A DNA stretch of 64,000 nucleotides from positions 15,810,001 to 15,874,000 of the forward strand of contig OZ116702.1 in NCBI GenBank assembly GCA_964199315.1, written 5' to 3'. The notes under the pieces were generated by a model that ran no database searches, was not told the DNA's origin, and saw nothing but the letters and a program-made list of their open reading frames with translations. Every line of letters begins with the position of its first letter. The first letter of the stretch is position 1. Origin of the DNA: Orbicella franksi (Eukaryota). Below are positions 8,095 through 17,632 of the stretch, piece after piece. A program made the position numbers and the translations under genes.

Positions 8095-8592
8095 AGTTAC
8101 TGGGATCGACTACCTACTGAACTACAGAACTACATCATGCGCTTAGCCAGGAATCAAATCCTACTCGAGCGCAGAAGAAACAAAAAGTTACGTCGTCTTC
8201 TCAAGGAAATAATAGAATACGGCAAACTGAAAGAACAATGGGGTATAGGACACATTGAGATTGTTCAATGTCGATGTAATTCACCGTGTTGTATAAAAAA
8301 GAAGAGAATAGACAGATTTCAACATATGAGAATATACGGATGTTACATCGACATTGACGACAAACCCCAAAGAACGTATTTATCTTGCACTATAAAAGAG
8401 GCCAAGAAACGCGTCCCCATAGAAAAGACTTTCCTCTACCCTGATCGCTCCACCAAGTACGCTCATAATAGGTGGTTAAGAAAGCGTTCCCGCTCTCTTA
8501 CAGAGTCACTGGGACAGGCTACCGGAAGAACTAAAGTGTTACATACTTTGCCTGGCAACCTGGCAGTGCATACGCGATCGGAGGAACAATAA
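8095..8592 (+). CDS. Predicted alternative exon B2, F-box-like protein
   Basis: Acceptor CTTTCACTCTTTTAG followed by SYWDRLPTELQNYIMRL, in frame with ORF 8137-8592. The stop lies within AATAAA at 8588-8593. Confidence 0.75.
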   Translation, partial: SYWDRLPTELQNYIMRLARNQILLERRRNKKLRRLLKEIIEYGKLKEQWGIGHIEIVQCRCNSPCCIKKKRIDRFQHMRIYGCYIDIDDKPQRTYLSCTIKEAKKRVPIEKTFLYPDRSTKYAHNRWLRKRSRSLTESLGQATGRTKVLHTLPGNLAVHTRSEEQ

Positions 8593-8872
8593 ACAATTGA
8601 GTCGACTTCACAGAAGAATCTTAGATTATGGCGAACTGAAAAGACAATGGGGCTACGGACACATACAAATCAAAAAACAGAAATATACACTTAAATCAAA
8701 TTACAGAGGCAGATCTTATTTCACGGCTTTCTATGGTTATTACATCAATCTTAGTAACAGGAAAAAGAAAGTCTATCTAGGATTCAGTTTCAGAAACGTG
8801 TTCCATAACTTAGAACGTAAAAAAGCGTCCCTGTTCGGTCCCTTCGAGGACGCTGATGTTGATGTTGAATAA
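8504..8872 (+). CDS. Predicted alternative exon B3, F-box-like protein
   Basis: Acceptor CGCTCTCTTACAG followed by SHWDRLPEELKCYILCL, in frame with ORF 8597-8872. The stop lies within AATAAA at 8868-8873. Confidence 0.75.
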   Translation, partial: SHWDRLPEELKCYILCLATWQCIRDRRNNKQLSRLHRRILDYGELKRQWGYGHIQIKKQKYTLKSNYRGRSYFTAFYGYYINLSNRKKKVYLGFSFRNVFHNLERKKASLFGPFEDADVDVE

Positions 8873-8901
8873 AAAGCGATGTTCGTAACATTTGCTCATT
8901 C

Positions 8902-11900
8902 ATGTCTTCACAGAACAGACGGACCCACGACGAAGCCTTCCCCTTCGACGATGACTATGACTGGATCTTTGATCCGGCTCTAGAGCGAGTGATGATCCAA
9001 ACCGGAGGTGGAAGCAATACAAGACCCCTCCTAGAATTTGAATTAAGACCCGTAGGCGCTCGACGTAACTGGAGAAATGTCCTCAACAAACAACGATTCG
9101 AAGCCACACTCAGACAACACAGAGACGTGACTCCCAGGGACAATCTAGGCCAAGAATTGACTCAGGCCCTTCAACGATCCATCGAGCAACAAATCGCTCA
9201 GTATCCTACCCTGACACCCGACTCCACGGTCCATTTCACCATGCAGTCCAGTGCCTTCACACACGCCTTTCAATCCACCACCTTCACCGTGCGCGAATTC
9301 GAAGAAGGGAGTGAAAGACTAGACACCTATCTCCAGTCTCTCGCGGCCAAACTCAACTCCAACGAAGAATTCACCCCCGACGACACGTTTACCATGGAAA
9401 CCACTTTCATACGCACCCCAGGTAGTGGGCGTGGTCACGGAAAACGATACAAACCGAGTTGTGCTGCCGTACGGGGAATCGTCAAACGGTCGCGCGTGAC
9501 CATCCAAAACAAAGACAATCTATGCTGCGCTCGCACTATCGTCACCATGAAAGCCCTGGTAGATGCCGACATGAATCCGCGAGACCAAGATTACCACAAT
9601 CTCAAACAGGGGCGGCCCGTCCAAGAGCGATTGGCCAAAGAACTCCACCGTCTAGCCAACGTCCCCGAAGGACCTTGCGGCATTCCCGAACTGCAGCAGT
9701 TTCAGGCCGCGTTACCTGGGTACCAACTCAAAGTCCTTTCCATCGATCCGCCGCACATGCTCATCTACGCGGGACCCGAACCCTCGGACAAGATCATTCG
9801 TCTCGTCAAAGAAGACAGTCACTACGACGGATGTAACTCGTTCAGTGGGTTCCTCAACAAATCCTACTTCTGCGACGAATGCAATCGAGGCTACGATCAC
9901 GACGACTTTCAACGTCATCCCTGCAACGGCAAATGGTGTCCCGCCTGCAAACGAAAGGACTGCCCCGATTTCCTAGAAGCCAAACGCCCCCTAGCACGAG
10001 GCAAGTTTCCTGCACCCACCTCGATCTGCCGATTGTGCCACAGAAAATTCTTCGGAGACCAATGCTACAACTACCACTTGCAACGGCGGAGTCTCAACAT
10101 CCCATCCATTTGCGACACTTACAAAAAGTGTCCAGACTGTTGCCACGTCTACAAACCAAAAGATAGGAACAGGCGAGGAGGTGACCGTTTCACCCCAGAT
10201 CACGTATGCGGATGGGGCGAATGCCACATCTGCGAAAAGAAAGTCTTTCTGCCGACGCACCGATGTTACATCCAACGCATCCCCGAAGACGAAGACGAGC
10301 CCAAAAAGAAACGCGTGTCGCGCGACGAAGTCAAAGGTCGACCCTTCGAAGAACCCGAACCCGGTGATCCAGACACGCGAGTCTGGGTAGCCAGAGATCC
10401 GCCCCTTCAAGTGTACTGCGACTACGAGGCCATCACCGACGCCGAAGGGAATCAGACACCCATTCTACTCTGCTTGGAAGACGATGAAGAGGACCAATTC
10501 AGCTCCTTCTACGGTCCCAACTGCACCGCTGACATGTTCGACCATCTCGAATCCCTCGCCGTCGACGTGGACGGAGACGATCGGAACGTCATCGTCCTCT
10601 TTCACAATCTCAAAGGCTACGACGGGATGTTCATCTTACAACACTGTTACGCCGCGCATCGAGAAGTCACAGACCAAATCACCGTAGGCACCAAGATACT
10701 GTCCCTGAGATCCGACAGACTGACTTTCAAAGATTCCCTATGCTTTCTCCCGTTCCCGCTGGCCAACTTTCCAGCCACCTTCGGAATCCAAGAACTCTGC
10801 AAGGGATTCTTCCCTCACAAATGTCCGCCAAAAAGAAAGCCGAATTCGAACAGTGGTACCAAGAGAAAGTCAATGACAACTACCATTTCGTACTAAGACA
10901 AGAAATGGAAGCCTACTGCGAGTCGGACGTCAAACTCCTCAAAGCAGGCTGTCAAAAGTTCCGGCAAGAATTCAAACAAAAAGCGGACTTTGACCCCATG
11001 GAGAAATGCGTCACCATCGCCTCCGCCTGCAACCGATTCTGGCGCAAGAAACTCGTCCCGCTCAACACTATCGCCTCCAGACCGCCTCGAGGATGGCACG
11101 GCGCCCGATCCAATCAGTCCGTCAAAGCCCTGAAATGGCTAGCCTGGCAAGAACACCTGTTGCAACACACCGACCAAGGCGATCGTATCCACACCGTGCG
11201 AAACGGAGGTGAAGTCCGACTAGCCAATCATCTCGTGGACGGATACGATCCGACGACTCGAACCGTCTACGAATTCCACGGATGTCTATGGCACGGATGT
11301 CCTCGATGTTTCCCACGCCAACGCGACCGATATCCCATCTGTCACACCGATCGCACTCTACAGGAAGTCTACGAGTCCACACTCCGTAAACACGACCTTC
11401 TCAGTCACCAAGGCTACCAGCTCCACGTCAAGTGGGAATGCGACTGGGACTTAGAGGTCAAAACCGACCCAGATCTCCGCAAGTTTCTAGACACGTTCCA
11501 AATCATCGAACCGCTCGAGCCCAGAGAAGCCTTCTTCGGAGGGCGCACGAACGCCGTCAAACTACATCACGTGACCGACGTGACCCAAGGAGAACAAACC
11601 AAGTACGTCGACGTGACGTCGCTCTACCCATGGGTCAACAAGGAATGCGAATACCCCATAGGACACCCGCAAGTCATTGTCAACCCCCAAGATCAAGACA
11701 TACACCACTACTTCGGTACGGCCAAAGTGGACATACTGCCGCCTCACGAACTATACCATCCCGTTCTACCTTTCAGGCACGGAGGTAAACTCACCTTCCC
11801 ACTCTGCCGATCGTGCGTGGAACACGAAATGACCAAACCCCTCCTAGAGAAATCGCATCGCTGCCCTCACACGGCCGAGCAACGCACGCTAAGAGGGACC

Positions 11901-12908
11901 TGGTGCACACCCGAAATCCAGAAAGCCGTTGCCATGGGATACACGCTCAACAAGATCCACGAAGTCCACCATTTCCCGCCAGAACAACGCCGTAAAGGAC
12001 TCTTCGCCGATTACGTGAACACCTGGCTAAAAATCAAACAGGAATCCGCTGGCTACCCAAACTGGTGTAACACCCCCGAAGACAAGGCACGGTACGTGCA
12101 ACAATACCAACAGAAAGAAGGCATCGCTCTCGATCCGACCATGATCCAGAAAAATCCAGGACGCAAAGCCACCGCCAAACTCATGCTCAACTCTTTCTGG
12201 GGCAAGTTCGGCGAAAACCTACACAAACCCACCACCCAAGTCGTCTACAACGCCACGCAACTCTTTGACCTCGTTTCCAATCCATTCAACGACATACGAC
12301 AAGTCAGAATCGCCAACGACGAAGCCCTAGAAGTCGTCCACGCCGAACTCAAAGACAATCAACCCGACAACGGACGAATCAACATCTTCGTCGCCTCTTT
12401 CACCACCTGCTGGGCGCGTCTCAAATTATACAACTACCTGGAACACTTAAAGCAACAAGTTCTATACTTTGACACCGACTCCGTCATCTACTCGCACAAA
12501 CCAGGCCAAGCCGATGTCGCGCTAGGCGATTACCTGGGCGAGATGACCAACGAACTCGACGACGGCGATTTCATCACCGATTTCACTACCGCTGGACCCA
12601 AAAATTACGGTTACAGAACCCACCAAGGTAAAGTCTGCTGCAAAGTCAGAGGCTTCTCACTCAATGTACGAGGATCCAGGCAACTCAATTATGACGTCAT
12701 GAGACAAAATCTACTCGACGAACTCACACAACCTCTCGATCAACGACGCAACATCAACGTCGTCAACCCCAACTTCTTCTGGAGAAACCCAGCCACCAAA
12801 CATCTCAGAGTCATCACACGAACTAAACGATACGGACTCGTCTTCGACAAACGCGTCGCAGACACGAACACTTTCATGTCGTTTCCATACGGATACACAC
12901 CAATGTAA
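8902..12908 (+). pseudogene. polB: Protein-primed family B DNA polymerase polyprotein, disrupted by a frameshifting deletion near 10820
   Basis: ExoI VYCDYE, ExoII HNLKGYDG, ExoIII YCESDV, pol A YVDVTSLYP, pol B KLMLNSFWGKFG, pol C YFDTDS, GPKNYG. The frame changes after KGFFPHK. AATAAA at 12927-12932. Confidence 0.93.
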
Positions 12909-12959
12909 TTTTTACTTCCTGTAATCAATAAAAATCAATTTTTAAACTCACTTCCTGTC

Positions 12960-13131
12960 TATCGCCTTATTTGGGCATGCAAGAACTGTGACGTCACGGG
13001 CGCCATGTTTTGCTACCAAAGGGGCCATCTTGGATTTTAAAATTTAAGAGAATGTATGGGAAAATCTTGGTCACGTGGTACGATCCCTGGCTCCTGATTG
13101 GTTACGGCCCCTATGGGCGCTATTGACTACT
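12960..13131. promoter_or_regulatory. Probable right terminal inverted repeat with clustered transcription-factor motifs
   Basis: GTGACGTCAC at 12988-12997, GCCATNTT near 13002 and 13024, CACGTG at 13072-13077, ATTGG at 13097-13101, terminal ACTACT. Confidence 0.6.
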
Positions 13132-13320
13132 GGCAGACTTCCTTTAGACAGCAAATACAGAACGCTGATCGGTCGCTCCTTGTCAGAGTCACTGCGCGAA
13201 CTGAATTCAGACGAGTGTAGCCTGGGCCAAAATTCACGCAAATTGAAAAAGGGCTGGGGAGGGGGGGGGGGGTGGTCGATAAATGATGAAAAAAAAAATA
13301 CCTGAATAAATGAAACATGC

Positions 13321-13501
13321 GGCAGGGAGTTTCTACATTTCATGCTAGGTAAGATTTACACGTTGCTGTCATAGCGAGAGCAGAAAAAAAAATTGAAAAA
13401 ATCAACTATGATGGCAGGGAGTTTCTACATTTCATGCTAGGTAAGATTTACAAGTTGCTGTCATAGTGAGAGCAGAAAAAAAAAATTGAAAAAATCAACT
13501 A
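13321..13501 (+). repeat. Two-copy direct repeat of about 90 bp
   Basis: GGCAGGGAGTTTCTACATTTCATGCTAGG...AAAAATCAACTA starts at 13321 and at 13413. Confidence 0.9.
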
Positions 13502-13573
13502 AATCAAAAAACACCTGATTCAGTCTTTAACACCGTTTTCATAAATCCAGACATCTATATATGTGTGTGTGTG

Positions 13574-14843
13574 TTATATAAAATTGAAAACTTTTACAAT
13601 AACTAATTCATTTCCTATTTTGCCAATCACAACCATCTCTTCGTAAAAGACAATTGCGTGAACACTGAATGCAGCCGCTGGTGCAACATTTATTTTGTAT
13701 CTGAAAATGAAATGTTTGGGATCTCTTGTAACTTTTTCCGCTTGGTTTGTCAAATCGAAATATACCAAACCATAGAGACTATTAAAGTTTGCGAGATTCA
13801 GTTGTGTACCAGTATTATAATCGTCTCTTCTTTTCGCATAAGACATTGAATCGTTAAAAATTCTGACTTCGGACTCTGTATCATACTTAGTTTCTGGACA
13901 AAAAATACCATTTCCGTATTCAAGTCTGCATGTTGTCAAATAAGTGGCATCATCAGCAGCATATAGTTTATAAGTATTAAATAAATATGAATTTTCTGTT
14001 GCAACATCGGTTTTTGCTCTTTGGTGATATACAAATATGTGTTGAACGTTATCCACACTTGCTGATTTTTGATAAAAACCACTTGCTTGTGACGGAGCCG
14101 ATTTTTGATACATTGATCTAAGATATGGCCATTTTGTTTCTTTCAAAAATGAACTGACAAAACTGTTATACAGACTCTTTTGGAATCAGTTTGGGCACCC
14201 ATAATAGAAAACGGTCAAGAACGACTCTACCATCATCTGCGGCAGCTAATTTTTGAACAAGCTCATCATCATTCTGAAGTGTTATATATTGAATTGTAGC
14301 TGCATTGGTATAAGCATCTTATCTTCTAACACTTCGAAGAAACTATATCTATTGAGAGGAATAATAACATTGACATCAGCATTTCCCGTTGTTAAAGTTC
14401 GTCTTGCTTCAAATCCTGCATTCTGATTAGCATTAGCAATCAGATGGTTAGTATCCAAATACCAAAGACTGTTTTGAGCAACTGATCTGCTGAAATCATC
14501 AGACTAGTCCAATAGATTCTTGGCAAAAATAACCTTGTGAAGATTATCTGTATCATAAACAATTTTACCAGCAGATTTGATCCTAAGATGATTTATGAAA
14601 GAATGTGCGCCATTATGACCATAATTCACACACATAAGCTGTTCCATCGGCGAGTTTTTGTAATTGAAATTAAATTTCAAAATATGCATTATACCAATCG
14701 TAAAATGCTGATCTGTCATTGATTGCAAATTTGCAACCGTTTTTATCATGATGTTGGCCACCAACTGGTGTGTTTATTGCGTTATCAAGTTGGTATCTTA
14801 CCAACTCATTTCGCTGTAACATTTCACTTGATCTAAAAGCCAT
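13574..14843 (-). pseudogene. Major capsid protein (double jelly-roll, hexon-like), frameshifted
   Basis: N-terminus MAFRSSEMLQRNELVRYQLDN...FYDWYNAYFEI*FQLQKLADG. C-terminus LYGLVYFDL...YEEMVVIGKIGNELVIV. Located next to the penton gene. Confidence 0.8.
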
Positions 14844-14866
14844 TACAATATTAGTTTAGATAAAAA

Positions 14867-15209
14867 TTAGCGTTTTATTCCTTGTCCTGATATTAAACGA
14901 TTCAATATCATATCAGTACTTTCTTCTTTTATCGTTGGAATTGTTGCTTTTTCTTTCACACCTCTTAGTCGCTTCATTATCAGATCACCTGATTTTTGTG
15001 CCGCCTTTTTACCCAAACGCTCACCAGCGTGTTCTACTCCAGATTTTATTGCTTTTTTCGCGATTGGCTTGGCAACATTGTGGAATACAGATGATACTAT
15101 TTTCCTTATCGGTTTGAATATATTGTCAACAATCAAACCGTTTCCTTTGTGCTTATACAAATTTGCCCATTTTAGGATGGTAAAACCTTTTGAATTCATA
15201 TGGTTTCAT
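14867..15209 (-). pseudogene. Amphipathic basic protein (cupiennin-like / adenovirus pVI-like), one frameshift
   Basis: MKPYEFKRFYHPKMGKFV, then a frameshift, then YKHKGNGLIVDNIFKPIRKIVSSVF...AKKAIKSGVEHAGERLGKKAA...LISGQG. Confidence 0.65.
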
Positions 15210-15971
15210 ATAAATAGATTGGAGAATTCTTTTCAGTAACAAGCTAAAAGCTGTATCTGCACCGTTATTTATTTGTCGTCTTTTGCCATCGGTTAAATAT
15301 ATTCCTGTTCTCGAAATGGTGTTCTTATTCATGGGATTAAATGTGACTCTCCGTGGTTTTATAGAGAAACTAAACGACGGTTTCAAGATGTATGTGCTAA
15401 AACTGTATATAACATCTGTATCTACACCATCAACAAGGCTGGTATTGGCCAGATCACAATGGATATTCAAAATATCTGTGTCTTGACTCAAATTGGGTAA
15501 TCTTAAACCATAATTGTCAGCATCTTTCAGAATCACTTTGTTAAAGCCAATAAGCTCATGAAAATTTGATCCAGTCAAGTCAAGTTGGCAACCCGTTTTC
15601 AATTTTATTAATACTCTGAAGGTGCTAGTTTGAAATCCTAACGTTATTGGATATTCATCTTCATCACCCTTTATTACGGTTTCATTTTTCAAAAACGCGT
15701 TCATGTTAATATAATTATAAACACCAGCTGGTAATGTAAGTTCTTTCCAAGTTGAACAACCATCTGAGCTGTATTTTATTTTCTGATTATTATAACCAGG
15801 ATTGATGTTCAAACACGTGAATGACATATTTATTATTCTGTACAAACCAATCATGTATTCATAATTACTATCCAAAATAACTGGTCTATCAAAATTGGTC
15901 ACAAAATTGGCTGGTGTATTGTTTGCGCTACTGTTATTCAAATAACTTGATAATACAATTTCTCGTTCCAT
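15153..15971 (-). CDS. Minor capsid (penton-like) protein; the native stop is probably lost
   Basis: NTPANFVTNFDRPVIL, LPAGVY and IHCDLANTSLVDGVDTDVIYSFS motifs. Located next to the major capsid gene. Confidence 0.75.
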   Translation of the reverse strand: MEREIVLSSYLNNSSANNTPANFVTNFDRPVILDSNYEYMIGLYRIINMSFTCLNINPGYNNQKIKYSSDGCSTWKELTLPAGVYNYINMNAFLKNETVIKGDEDEYPITLGFQTSTFRVLIKLKTGCQLDLTGSNFHELIGFNKVILKDADNYGLRLPNLSQDTDILNIHCDLANTSLVDGVDTDVIYSFSTYILKPSFSFSIKPRRVTFNPMNKNTISRTGIYLTDGKRRQINNGADTAFSLLLKRILQSIYMKPYEFKRFYHPKMGKFV

Positions 15972-15994
15972 ATACAGTTAGATTATATATTATA

Positions 15995-16929
15995 TTTTAA
16001 AATAGCTTTTGTGCAGTTTATTGTATCCTGATTTATTGATTGCTGATATACGTAACAACGTGTCTGACAGAGCAACTCCCGTGTTTCTCATTTTGATTGA
16101 TGTATTACCAGCCAAAATCTCTCCTATACAACGTCTCCACCTTTCTGTTTTCGAATTCCAGATCCTTTCATCGTCTTGACTTTGGTTTTGTAATATTTTA
16201 TGTACTGGCCCAACACAGCATTTGCATTCTGTATTCTTTTCTTATTCGCTTGCCTTTCAGCTTCAGATATTGCTCCTTTTTTGTACTGTTTTGTGACAGC
16301 TGACTGATAACCTTTCAACTCATTGCGTCTTAATTCCGCATTTTTTATTATTTTATCAAGATACGCTTTATTCTTTTGTGGCGTCATTTCAGTTTGATTC
16401 AATCGCATTTCTACATCGTCATAATTTGTTACACCAATATCATCTAGCATCTTGTTAGCCATGTCTTCATCAGCTACCTCATAATCAGGTACTTCATCAT
16501 CGTCGTATTCTGTAGGCATTTCTTGTGGTTCTTGAGACAAACATTGAGAATCAACGTAAATCTCCTTTTTCCCTTCTAAAACGTCCTTCAACGATTCTTC
16601 ATAGGTTTGTGGTTTTGGTAGTATTTGTTTGGTATTTTCTGGTTCAAATAAATCACCCAGATTCATATCTTCAACCTCATCTTCAATATTAATACCATAA
16701 TCTGGTACACCTTCCTTCTTCTTCGTCTTTCGTCTCATTGGTGGTATTTTCAAATTACTAGCCACAACATCATCCAATTTAGTTGTTATTGGTTCAAACA
16801 CTTTTTTGAAAGATGCCTGGCTTGTCTGTTTACTGATGTCACTCTGTGTTATTGCATTATAAACATAATTAATTTTATCACCCAATTAGATTTCTTTTTT
16901 GCAAGTTCTCTCCACTTTAGTAAACTCAT
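15995..16929 (-). pseudogene. Hypothetical Polinton protein with GSG/QKGG motifs and a C-terminal GEILAGNTS domain
   Basis: MSLLKWRELAKK, a frameshift into ORF 16124-16885 ending MKGSGIRKQKGG, then GEILAGNTSIKMRNTGVAL in another frame. Confidence 0.55.
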
Positions 16930-16995
16930 CATAATATTGTATTATATAAAACATCATGTACTACATCGTGTACTAAAATTATATACCAGTATAAT

Positions 16996-17609
16996 ATGAA
17001 AATACCAAATTATGATATCAAAGAGGATGTTGGTAATTATAAACAATTATTCCAATTTATGCCTGACCGTTGCTTTCGGATGCTAATTTGGGGCCCATCA
17101 GGCTCAGGAAAGACGAATTCATTGCTTCATATGATAATGAATTACTGTATTTCGATAAATGTTATCTATATGCGAAAAATCTCGAACAATCAAAATATGA
17201 ATATCTGATTAGTAAAGAAGTTGGTTATGATACATTAGAAGTTAGTAATGATGAAATACAATCAGTTTCAGAAATGAATGGTGGTAATCAAAAGCTTGTC
17301 ATATTTGATGACTTTGTTTGTGAAAAAAACCAATAGCCATTAATCGATTACTTGATAAGAGGAAGACACAAGAATTGTAGTGTGATATATCTTAGTCAGA
17401 GCTACTATAAAACTCCAAAGGATATTAGACTAAACTGCTCTTATTTTTGTATTTATGAATTCCCAAGTGCTGATGAAAAATCACTTTTATGCCGTGAAAA
17501 CAATGTTGATCAAAAGTTGTATGAAAAAGCTACTAATGATCCATATAGCTTTCTGTATATAGATAAACCACGAAAATTTTCCGCTAAGAATTTCAACGAG
17601 AGATTGTAA
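16996..17609 (+). pseudogene. DNA-packaging ATPase, frameshifted and with a stop
   Basis: GPSGSGKT, LVIFDD and RGRHKNCSVIYLSQ...IRLN spread over three ORF pieces. Confidence 0.88.
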
Positions 17610-17632
17610 TTTTTAATCTAATATTATTATAC

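Larger units (their letters stand above)
1..13131. mobile_element. Polinton/Maverick (beta-adintovirus-like) endogenous virus, right portion; left part lies outside the window
   Basis: Gene-dense, GC-rich block with packaging ATPase, protein-primed PolB and parvovirus-type PLA2. It ends in ACTACT (13126-13131), the typical Polinton right terminus. Capsid, integrase and protease genes are not in the window. Confidence 0.9.

Noticed and set aside
10465-10479. LxCxE (Rb-binding) motif LLCLE followed by an acidic run
   Set aside because: It lies just after ExoI in the folded exonuclease domain, so it is probably structural and coincidental.
10801-10860. Programmed ribosomal frameshift in pPolB
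   Set aside because: A normally conserved segment appears to be missing at the junction, and I see no convincing slippery site with a stimulatory structure. A deletion explains it better.
233-12928. Many antisense and nested ORFs in the GC-rich element (for example 233-673, 4672-5031, 9991-10410, 11122-11382)
   Set aside because: They are shadows of real genes on the opposite strand or frame and have no recognisable motifs.
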